64,000 bases of DNA from Lama glama (lineage: Eukaryota): NCBI GenBank assembly GCA_028534125.1, contig CM052832.1, forward strand, positions 11,720,001-11,784,000. The letters run 5' to 3'. Below the pieces are notes generated by a model. The model had not been told where the DNA came from and did not search any database. It saw nothing but the letters and a program-made list of their open reading frames with translations. Numbering within the stretch: the stretch's first letter is position 1; every line of letters begins with the position of its first letter. Made by a program: the position numbers and the translations under genes. Positions 25,756-36,214 of this stretch are shown in pieces.

Positions 25756-26048
25756 CTAGGGGTGGGGTAGAGATGTCATTCTGGACTCCTCCCACGGACT
25801 TTTCTCCTTTCTGTGCTGCCAACCCCTGCCAAGGCCTGGCATCTGGGTCACAGACCCCCACCCCCAGCAAGTACCCTGGCACAGGCTGCCCAGAGAGGAG
25901 GAGGTAGACATGGAGGCCCCAGAAGCCCAGGAGTTGCTCAGGTCTGGGGCTGAGGGGAGGGCTTGGGGTCCAAGGCCAGCACCCAGGACCTGTCTCTGCT
26001 AGAGAGAGGAACTGGGGGTGCCCAGCAAAGGCAGCTCAGTTACATCAC

Positions 26049-26137
26049 CTGCACTTGGTATCCGTCTTGCACATGAGATTGGCCTTCAGTTTAGACACCA
26101 CAATGCAGATGACCCGGACAAAGATGAGGAAGTTCAC
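26049..26137 (-). CDS. GLP1R: GLP1R exon 10
   Basis: [33 protein letters not shown] acceptor, GTGATG donor. 89 nt. Confidence 0.97.
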
Positions 26138-26255
26138 CTGTGGGGCAGATGCGGGAGGGTGGCTGGGGGCCCTCTCAAGATACTCACTTTCCCCCGCCCT
26201 TTCCCCAGCGCCATTCGGGGCCCACCGTAAGTCCCACCCCCACCGCGTCACTCAC

Positions 26256-26325
26256 CCCGATGGCGAAGAGAATGGGTAGCCGGATGATGAGCCAGTAGTT
26301 CATGTTTGAGTTCCTGGTCCAGCAG
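26256..26325 (-). CDS. GLP1R: GLP1R exon 9
   Basis: [26 protein letters not shown] acceptor, GTGAGT donor. 70 nt. Confidence 0.97.
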
Positions 26326-26864
26326 CTGGAGTGGGACGAGAGACATACATAGGTGCCTGGTTGGACCCTCAGAGCCCCCAGTTCCCAGTATAGGCACAGG
26401 GACACACAGGTACATATGGGCACACAGAGTGACACACACAGAGCCGCACAAACACTGCCACCAGGAGCTACCCAACAACCAGTCCCAGGAGTCTCACACA
26501 CACAGTCCTAAATATACAAACACACTCAGAGTGATGCACACAGCCCCTCCGTGAACCTACAGTCACAGTCACTGGTTGTGTGTGCTCAGCATCATACACA
26601 AAGTAACAAGCATTTCACTCACAGTTACTATAGAAAAACCCACAGGAGCTCACCACGTACCCCACAGACCCAGCACCCTTGTCATCATACCATCCAGCAA
26701 GGGAGGAGGATTAGAGAACTAAATTTGTAAATTAAGCTCCCGGTCCCTCGGTTTATTTTCTCAACAGGTGGTAGCTGCACAGCCTAGGGGCCCAGGAATC
26801 GGCATGGGGTTTGAGGATGGGGCCCTCAGCACATCCCCTCAGCCCCTTAGAGCAGGACACTCAC

Positions 26865-26925
26865 CCCTCATCCTCGTAGAGGTACTTGACAATTCCCCAG
26901 GGGATGACAAACAGCAGGGGGACAC
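26865..26925 (-). CDS. GLP1R: GLP1R exon 8
   Basis: [19 protein letters not shown](G). CAG acceptor, GTGAGT donor. 61 nt. Confidence 0.96.
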
Positions 26926-27472
26926 CTGAGAGGAGAGAGGGAAATGGAGAGAGGGGAGGGGCTGGCAGGCCAGAGACACTGCACGCACACCTGGAGGCTT
27001 CCTTACCTGGGGACTCTCCCGCCTCCAGCCCCTCTCCTTCCCTGGCTCAAACCACCCTTTCTAAGAGGTAAAGTGCTAGGCTGGTCTAGGTGCTTGGGAG
27101 AATGAGGCAGGAACACCCATCCCAGTCCCCAGCCTCATCCTCAGAGAGGGATGCCCACCGCACTGGGGCTGCGGGACAGCCCTCACAGCCCCCTCTCCTG
27201 TGGGCTGGGCACTCTGCCAGGGCTGGCCCCCACGCCGGATGAGGCTGGCTCTCTGATGCCACCCACCTGGCCGAGATCCACATGCCCCTCTCAGTCAGCG
27301 CCTTCAGGCCCTAGAAGCCCCTTCAGGCACCTTTCCCTAACCCCCACACCGGCACGCAGCTGGGCGGAAGCCTGGAGCAGGGACAAGGGCCCTGTCCTGA
27401 CACTGACTGCCCAGCTAACTGCACAGTAACAAAGGCTACAGTAACACTTCCCGCTTGGCTGAGGCTTGGTGG

Positions 27473-27992
27473 TGTGGTCGGCAGCCTCCAGGACGGCCTC
27501 CCACCATCCCCACCCCCGGTATTCACACCCTGGTGAGGTCCACGTTCTATCCAGATTGGTCTGTGTGACCAGTAAGGCACAGTGGAAGTGATGGTGTGTC
27601 ACTTTGGAGATTAGGTTATAAAAGGCTTGTCTTCGGTGCTCTCTCAATCTGATCACTTGCTCTGGGGGGACACCAGCTGTGACATGAGAGCACTCAGAGC
27701 ACCCACAGAGAGACCCCAGTGGCGAGGAATGGAGGCCCCTGGCCGACAGCCAGCCTGGACCTGAGCTTCCCGTCAATAACCTCGAGAGTGAGTTTGGAAG
27801 TGGCCTCTCCAACCCATTACGCCCTGAGATGACAGCAACCCTGGTCGACAGCTGGACTGCCCCCTCTCTCAGAGGTCCTGAGCCCGAGGCATGCCACTCA
27901 GCTGAACTCAGAATCCTGACCACAGAAACTGAGAGAGATAATTGTTGTTTTAAGCCACTATGTGTGGGATCGTTTGATATGAAACAGCAATG
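27473..27992 (+). mobile_element. MaLR solo LTR (MLT1F-like) in GLP1R intron 7
   Basis: tgtggtcggcagcctcc...ggtattcacaccct...gaatcctgaccacagaaactgagaga...tgttgttttaagccacta. Confidence 0.75.
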
Positions 27993-30900
27993 GTTTCCAG
28001 TTCCAGAGCCTCATTTGTCTTCAGAGCCTCAGCGCCCAGCCCTCCCCGAGAGCTCAGTGCATGTTGGCTGACTTAGCATTGGATCGTCCATCCTCACATG
28101 ACAGACGAGGAGACGGATCAGCAGCTCAGGAGGACATAGGTGGGACTAGAATGCAGGACCACAACCCCAAACCCATGCACACCGCCCTCAATGGCTTTCT
28201 GCACCAGCTCTTTCCCTGCCTGTCTCTATCGGTGCCTCTCTTAGGGTTAGAGACACATGTGTCTGAGAACGGTCGAGAGTGTGCACATTAAGGGGTGTGG
28301 ACACAATGTGTGTGTGGTAGTGGTGGTGGGGTCCACGTGTATGCATGTGCAGCTTTGGGGGTCTCCCCCAGGAGCACATTTCCAGGGCAGAACCCACTTC
28401 ATTGCCTTTCCTGTCACCATCGTCCACATCCTCAACACATGGATGTCCACCCACTATCAGATACTGAGCAGCTCGGATGCCTGAGCTACTGTGCCTGACG
28501 GTGCAGACAGGCATGGAGGAGGCCGAGCAGCTCACAGCTGACCAGCGTTTATTATCAGACCTCTCTCACCTCGGCCACTGAATTGACACCAACCTGACCT
28601 CTCAGCATCTATGACGCTTTAGTAACAGACTTTCATGAGACTGGACAAGGGACAAGTGGCCTCTAAAAGCCCCAGCACACAGTACAGAGCCTGCCACAGA
28701 GAAGATGCCCAGTGAGAACGGAACAAATGAATGAATAAGTCAATGTGAGAGTGAGAGGAGGCAAGCTGTCCAGGCAAGAACATGCCATTCCCTGAGCCAC
28801 ACACGTGGCTAGAAATCTCTGTCTTGGACATCCCCAGCCAGCTGCTGTCCTTTCTCTGAGGCCCCGCTCCAGGACAGGGGAGCTCACTCATGTTATTGGC
28901 TGGACTTGGCAAACTTCATCCTTTCATCAGCATCTCCTTAACAAAGTCTTTAAAAATGCAGGCACAGCTCTGCTGCATGCAAACATTACACACTCCCTGC
29001 TGGCTTCATCTTTCTCCCATTTAGAAAATCAACAAGACAGGCTGGAGGGGAAAAGCTTCCAATAAGACACACAGAACTGGCTCCAAGAAGTAATGATTCC
29101 CTCGTCCATCACTTGCCTCCCTCCTGTGCAAGGGAGGTTGTGGTGGGTTACGGGGGCACCCGCTGCCCGTGGGCTGCAGCAGAAGCTGACTTGCTTTTGG
29201 GGACTCCCTCATGTGTCAGAGTTCTAATTTTAATTCTTACGTTTGCATATGAAGTTGAAAGGTTTTTTCCCAAGCATCCCAACTTGGGCTAAGCCTCCTG
29301 GCATCACAACAGAGTCCTGGGCTCTCTGTGAATCTCTCTCTCTCTGTCCTTCTGTCTCTCTCAATTCCTCAAGAAAAGGATGTTCAGATTGCGAAGGGGG
29401 CAGTCCCCCAGGTCCTGCCCTTCTGCCCCCTCAGATTCTGAGCCCTGAGTTGAGGCATGAGGTGGTGGGAAAGGGCTGGCACCCCCTTCCCCATTTCCCA
29501 CTCGGAGACCTCCAGGACACTGGGTGACCCACCCCCACAACCCTCCACTAACTACCGACGCTCCTCTGTACACACCACACCATGTCTTTGATTGTTCCTG
29601 CCCTCAGGTCACTATGGTGACAACACTACAGCGCTGATGCTATTTCCCAGAATGGACAGACAGAGTCCCCCGCCCTGATGACCGCATTCCCAGAGCTCCC
29701 CTTAAGGGCCTATCTCCACCCCAACCCCTAGTTAGCTGCAGGGCTCTCCAGCTGCCCACAGCCGGTTTGACAGCCCCTAGCAGGATGAAGAGGCCTGGGA
29801 GGGGAGGAAGGCCAAGCAGGGAGGGGTTGGGCCCTGGGGGAGGAGGGAGGAAGGGTGGGAGCGGGGAGCTGTGTGCAGAGGCCAGGCCCACCTGCCTACC
29901 TGTGCAGAGGCCTGAACTTGCTTGGCGGGCCCTCGGGGACTAAAGAGACACAGTGCAGGCCTGAGAACTGTGCAGGGTGGGCAACGGGGCCCAGAGCCTG
30001 GGGTCAGGAGGGCTCATTCCAGTGTCTGCTCTCTCTGTAAGGCCCTGCCCTCTCTGGGCCTCAGTGCCCTCGAGACACTGATCTGACTAAAGCCCCTTTA
30101 AAGGTACTTTTCCACAATGGGGCTACGTGGAAGGAAGTAGCTGAGGAGCACCAACAAAAAGGGATGAAGTGTGAGGACAGGGACAGGGAGGCTGAGGAGG
30201 CAGGACAGAGCACAGAGCCAGGGGCCAGGCAACCCAAGGCCACTTCCGGAGCAGGCGGGCAGGCCCAGGACAGCCTTGCAAAGGCTCAGGGGCGGGAGCC
30301 AGCAGGGGAAGGGGCGCCTCAAGGGAGGAGCATAGCGGTGATTGGGGCAGGAAGTCCCCCTAGGTCAGGGGCAGCCTGAGGCAGGGGAATGTAGGTATGA
30401 GAGGAGTGAATGAGTGAGCAGGAGGCCGAGGCAGGGCCTGCTCCTCCACCCCCGGGGACACCTCTGTGGGCCCCTCTAGAGGCAGCGCTGTTGCCTCAGT
30501 TTCCGGAGTAGCCGGGTGGATTCGAGGGCTGCTGGGGGGGGGGGTCCTCTGACCCTGCCCCATCCCACCCCTGTTCTCATTAGAATCCCTTGTGGCGAAA
30601 GGCAGAAGTACAACCAGAAGTGTTCCAGCAAAAAAAAAAGACACATGGTTCTTGGCAAACTTTTTTGGCTAGAACATTTCCAGCTGGGCTCCAGGCACAT
30701 CCGGGGTCCACCCTTTCCTCAGCTGGCTTCCCGGCAACTGCCTCCCCACCCCACTCCGCTCTCCTCTGAGCCCCCCTCTTCATCATCACGTGACAGAGCT
30801 ACAGGTCCTTAACCCCCATGCCCAGGGATTCCCTCGCCCCCAACCTGGGGCCCGGGACCCTCCATTTCCAGGTGTGGGGCTCTATCTCCAAAGGGTCTTA

Positions 30901-31237
30901 GGAGCAGGGGTCTTTGAGGACAGTGTCATGATGGCCAATGGTGTGCGTGGTGTATTTGGCCAGATAGAGTGAAGGCCTCTGCTTCTATTAAGGGAGGAGA
31001 GTGATGCAAAGGTAGGGGGTTGGACAATGACCTGACAGCCCCAAGGGCAGTGAGGCCTGTGCCCAGGAGGGGGTTCCCTGGTGGGCTCGCCCCTTGGCTC
31101 AGCAGTGGGCTCTGAGTACCAAGTTGGACCCCTGGGGGTAGCCTGAAGGCTGCAGTTCCAAGGGAGGGGGTTAGGGTCTCCCATCCCCCATGCCACAGGT
31201 CGGGGTGCTGGGAGAGAGGAAGGACAGTGGGCCTTAC

Positions 31238-31397
31238 CCCAGCCTATGCTCAGGTAGAGCCTGAAGACACGCTGCTCGGAGAAGACGGACAGGGCCAGCA
31301 GCGTGTACAGGTACACGCCCTCCACCAGCAGCCAGAAGTAATTGGCGGCCACGCAGTACTGCATGAGCAGGAAGACCAGGCGGCAGCCCAGAGAGTC
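31238..31397 (-). CDS. GLP1R: GLP1R exon 7 (TM3-ICL2-TM4)
   Basis: [56 protein letters not shown] acceptor, GTAAG donor. 160 nt. Confidence 0.97.
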
Positions 31398-31909
31398 CTG
31401 GGGGCAGAGGAAAGGTCTCCAGGGGACAACGGCTCTCTGCTTCTGCCTCTCTCCACTCCCCTCCTGGCCCTGCCTCAGCTGCTAGCCTGCCGTGGTGCAT
31501 ATAGGATGAGAGAGCTAACACCACCCAGCTGGGGCCAGGGCCAAGAATTTGACCTGCTTTAGCTCGTTGAATCCTCACTATCCTGGGTGGAAAAAAACTA
31601 ACATCATCACCTTAGAGGTGGGAAACCTGAAGCCCAGAGAAGTTAAACGATTCGCCCAAAACTTAGCTAGTAAGGGGCAGAGCTGGGATTCAAACCAGGT
31701 CTGTTTGCGAAAACCACTCCCCTAAGTCAGACTGAGATCTCCCTAAAGGTAGGGCAGTGTCTCTCTCTTAGACTGGGGCCTCCCTGGAGTGGGCTGCCTC
31801 TCCCATCAGCCGGGGGGCTCCCTGAGAACCAGCCAGGCCTGGGTGGGGTGACGGAGCCCGGCCATCACCATCCATCCCTCCACGGGCCCTCCCTGGACAC
31901 ACCACACAC

Positions 31910-32063
31910 CTGGTAGGAGAGGAGACCATCCCACTGGTGCTGCTGGGCGGCTGTGCTGTACATCCACTTGAGGGCTGCGTCCTTGATGAAGACGGACAAT
32001 GCTCGGAGGATGAAGGAGGCAAACAGGTTCAGGTGGATGTAGTTCCGGGTACAGTGCAGGTGT
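31910..32063 (-). CDS. GLP1R: GLP1R exon 6 (ICL1-TM2-ECL1)
   Basis: [54 protein letters not shown] acceptor, GTGTGT donor. 154 nt. Confidence 0.97.
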
Positions 32064-32514
32064 CTGGGGAGAGAGCAGGACCTTCCCTGGCACCATGGCC
32101 CACGGTTCTGCTCCACCACCCCTGGTTCTCAGGCGAAAGCACACCTCAGGCATGTGTCCAGCTCTGGGACTGGGCTCCTGTCTTTTTTCCTCTGAGAGTA
32201 CACTTCTTCCCCATAGTCTTGAAAATCCTTTGGGTCCAGCTCAAGTCCTGCCTGTCCATGAAGCCATCAGCTGTGCGGTTACTGCCACCCCCACCCCCAC
32301 CCACATTCTGTCCTTTTCTCTGCTGCATCTTCTTTTCTACAAAGTCATGTGCAACCCAAGGGATTTGTGTGAGGACTGCTTTCCCCGCTGGGGACTTGTT
32401 CGGTTTCTTGATGACAGGCCACATCTAACATGCCTCTGGGCTGCCTTACAGGGGCAGACTATGGTTAAGCGCATGGTAGGAATTCAAAGTATTGGATTCA
32501 ACTTCAGTATCCTC

Positions 32515-34466
32515 TCATGCAAAAACATGTAGCAAACTGGAAATATGAGGGCTTTTCTTAACCCAATAAGGGCTATCTACCCAAACGAGGAGCAAACATC
32601 ATTCTTAATTGAGAAATTTTAGAAGGATTCCCTTTAAAACCAGGAACAAAATAAGGATTATCTAGCCTTAAAGGCTATCATCACATCTGTTCAACACTGT
32701 ACTACAGATCTTAGCCACTGTAAGAAGGCAAAGGAAAAATGAATATGAATGAATTGGAAATAAAGACACAAAATTGTCATTATTTGTAGATGATCTTCAC
32801 AGGAAATCCAACAGAAACAACACAAATTATTAGAACTAATCAGAGTTCATTCAACAAGGTTGATGATGTATATATTTATGTACATCAGCAATAAACAATC
32901 AAACAGTAAATTTCAAATGTGCACTGTTTTCAACAGGCTACCTAGAAATAAGTCTAACAGAAGATGGGCATGATTTCTATGGTGAATATAGTAAAACTTG
33001 CTTAAAATTATTAAAGAAGACTCAAATGACTCAAATTAATGGAATTCACACCAGATTCATGGATAGAAAGACTCACTATCTTGAAACTGTCAATTATCCT
33101 CACATTAATTGATACATTCAATATAGCTATAATAAAAATTCCAACAGTGTTGGGTCTTTTTTTTTTTTTTGATGGAACTTTAAAAAACTTATAAAGAAGA
33201 GCCAAGGGCCAAGAATAATCCAGATACTCCTAAAGAACCACAATGTAGGGGCCCTGGCTATAAGAGAACCAAGATTTTTAAAGAATCTAGAGTAATCAAG
33301 GCACCATGGTATTGGCAAAGGGACAGATAACTAGACCAATGGAAAAAAACCCAGATGACAGAAACGCACCCAGGTACAGATGACCCTTGCCGCACAGCAG
33401 AGTAGGCACTGCAAACCAAGGGAGAAAGAAAGGGTGGGCCGTCAATTAACGGTCCTGATGCAATTAACTGTATGTATATATGGAAAAAGGAAATTAAATC
33501 TCTTGTTTCCACTAGAGACAAAAATAAATTCCAGGTTCACCAAAAAGCCATAAGGGATGTGCAAAACTTATGACCTTCGGATAAGGAGAGTTTTCTTAAA
33601 CAAGACCATAAAGAAATTTGGCCTTTGGAAAAGAAATTGATAAATTTTTTAATCAATTGATAACAATGAATTTTTATCAACTGATAACACCTATTGGTAA
33701 ATTTTATCAATAAAGTCAGACACATTGATGTATTTTATTCCATTAAAATTAAGGACGTCTGTGCATAAAAGACACCATAAGGTGGAAAAAATAAACCACA
33801 GACTGGGAGGCTATATCCTGAGTTACTATCCAGAATATATAAGGAATGCCTAAAGCAAAAAAGAAAAAGCCAAAAAGCCAATAAAAAAGTGAGCAAAGGT
33901 TACAAAGAAGCACTTCACAAAATGACACATAAAAAAGCACTAGATCTCTGTAGAAATTGGAGAGATGCAAGTTAAAATCGTAATGAGTTATTTTACACAC
34001 TTCAGATTAGCAACAGTTAGGTCTGAAAATATGAAATATTGGTGAGGATGTTAAGCGAAGGGAACTCTCATGTATTAATGATGAAAAGGCAAACTGGTAT
34101 GACCACTTTGGAGAGCAACTTCACAACACCTAATACATTTGCAATAGCACGTGGTGTTCAGACCAGGCAATTCTACTCAGAGGCACGCGCCCCTGGAGAA
34201 ATGCACAAGGGGTCATGGGTAAGAATGTTCTTCGTGGCAAAGTTTATAATTCAGAGAAGAAAAAAAAAAGAGAAACACTTCAAATGTCCATTTAAAGGAT
34301 AACAAGTAAATAAATTGTAATATATCATACAACATAAACATAAAATCATACAGCATACAACTAAAATGGCCAGGAAAGGGAGGGGACTAGCTTAGTGATA
34401 GAGCACATGCTTAGCACTCACGATGTCCTTGCAGGACCTCCATTAAAAAAATTATATGTGTGTGTG

Positions 34467-34497
<31 letters not shown>

Positions 34498-34700
34498 GGA
34501 GGCTTTTTTTAAATGAATGAAACAGAACCACCTATACCAACATGAATGAACCTCACAAAAGCAACATGGGGCCAAAAATAACATTGTGGAAAAACACGTC
34601 CAACTCACCAATAAAAACACGCAAAACCCACACTACATACTTTGATAGATAAAAATGTGGTAGAAGTATAGAGAGAAGCATGGGAATTATAAGCAGCCCC
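32515..34700 (+). mobile_element. Ancient 5'-truncated L1 (ORF2 3' half + 3'UTR) in GLP1R intron 5
   Basis: A-rich sequence with L1 ORF2 hallmarks (tcattatttgtagatgat, ttcatggatagaaagactca, ggtattggcaaagggacaga, accactttggagagcaa). Confidence 0.8.
34376..34500 (+). mobile_element. Internally deleted VIC-1-like SINE with (TG)(TA)(GA) compound tail, nested in L1
   Basis: gggaggggactagcttagtgatagagcacatgcttagca...gtcct...acctccattaaaaaaa. Confidence 0.65.
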
Positions 34701-35462
34701 TCAGGGTTCTCTCTGGTGGGTGGGCAGGGAGGGCTACCCAGGGAAGCTTAACCATGTGGTAGGCTTTAGTTTGTGTACACAGGTGATTGTAGTATCAGGC
34801 ACTGGATTTTCAGATCTCTGAATGCTTCCTAATAAAAGGGGAGAATGTTCATCGAGTGAATACGTTTACTGAGCACTGACTGTGTGCCCAGCCCTGACTG
34901 TGCCAGGAGCTATGGGGACCGCAGGAGGAATGTCACCTCTGCTGTTCCTGCTGGCTGGTGTCCTGAGCTCCCTGCCTTCAGAATCCCTCCTGCCCTTAAA
35001 CCCAGCCCTCCTGGACCACGGTGCAGAGGGAGTGGGGAGAGCCTGGTACTCTGGAAAGAATGTCTCATCTAGGCTAGACTTAGGGAAGAACTTGCCCATG
35101 GGGGCTGACAAGCTCCAAAGAGGGCAGATTCTCTAAACCCTTGAGGTCTTGTCTAAAACCAGACTGAATTCCCAATTAAGTTACACATGCACACTGGAGA
35201 GGATGTTCCCTACTCCTACCATCCATTGTTAAGGTGTGGGGCATGTGCTGTGTGTGGGGGGGTATGGTGTTTGCTTTTCCTTTTTTGCAGGATTATACAC
35301 ACACATTTAGACAGTAGAGATTAGACTAAGTACACAGTGCCACGGCCTGTGTTTTCAGTCTCACAGCCTACGGTATGGGCTCCCTGGACATCTCTTAGGA
35401 GAGGAACCTGCTGCATTGTTGCCTTGGTTTGCTGCCCCCTCCTCTAAAAGCAGCCCCCTTAC

Positions 35463-35569
35463 CTGAAGCCCAGGAGGATGGCCGAGGCGATGACCAGTGC
35501 GGAGAAGGAGAGCGCGTAGCCCACTGTGTAGATGACGTAAAGGGACAGAAGATGCTCCTCCGGAGAGCT
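35463..35569 (-). CDS. GLP1R: GLP1R exon 5 (TM1)
   Basis: [35 protein letters not shown](R). CAG acceptor, GTAAG donor. 107 nt. Confidence 0.97.
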
Positions 35570-35901
35570 CTGTGTGCACACGGGGGAGACACTGTCCAGG
35601 GGCACCAGGGGCGGCCCACAACCCTCCTCTCCCACATCCTTCTTTCCCATGGGGCAGGGGCAGAGGTGGGGCCCCAGCTCAGCCCCACTGGGGATCCCAG
35701 AACTAAGAAAGAGAATAACCTATGGCTATGGTCCTTGGATTTCCAGGGCCCTGTTCTAAGGCCGGAGAAGTGAATACATGCCACCTCTGTCCAGAAAGCA
35801 TGGTTTGCAAAGCCCCCAGAGGCAGGGTGATGGGCAGATGGCCACAAGCCAACTCGCCAGATACCCGGGTCCCTGCTCTCCCTGAGAACCCCTCAACTCA
35901 C

Positions 35902-36020
35902 TCGGTCCCCTCGCTTGGACTCCTCGCACTCGGACAGGTCCCTCCAGGGCCGGCTAGAGTTGTCCTTGTGCAGCCACAGGCCATCAGCAGTGCAGAACCG
36001 GTATACATGACCCTGCAGCA
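35902..36020 (-). CDS. GLP1R: GLP1R exon 4 (ECD)
   Basis: (V)[42 protein letters not shown] acceptor, GTGAGT donor. 119 nt. Confidence 0.96.
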
Positions 36021-36137
36021 CTGGGGCAGAGGGACCAGGAGCTGAGCCAAGGCCACCTGCCCCTCATTCCTCTCCACCCAACAGGTCACCCTGCTGCCCT
36101 AAAATGGACCCCTCAGAGTTAGCAACACCTGCTCCCC

Positions 36138-36155
36138 TACACACACACACACACA

Positions 36156-36211
<56 letters not shown>
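36138..36211 (+). repeat. Compound (CA)n(CT)n microsatellite
   Basis: Direct reading. Confidence 0.95.

Positions 36212-36214
<3 letters not shown>

Noticed and set aside
27291..27923. 210-aa minus-strand ORF
   Set aside because: Lies mostly within a MaLR LTR, starts at a non-ATG codon and shows no recognisable homology.
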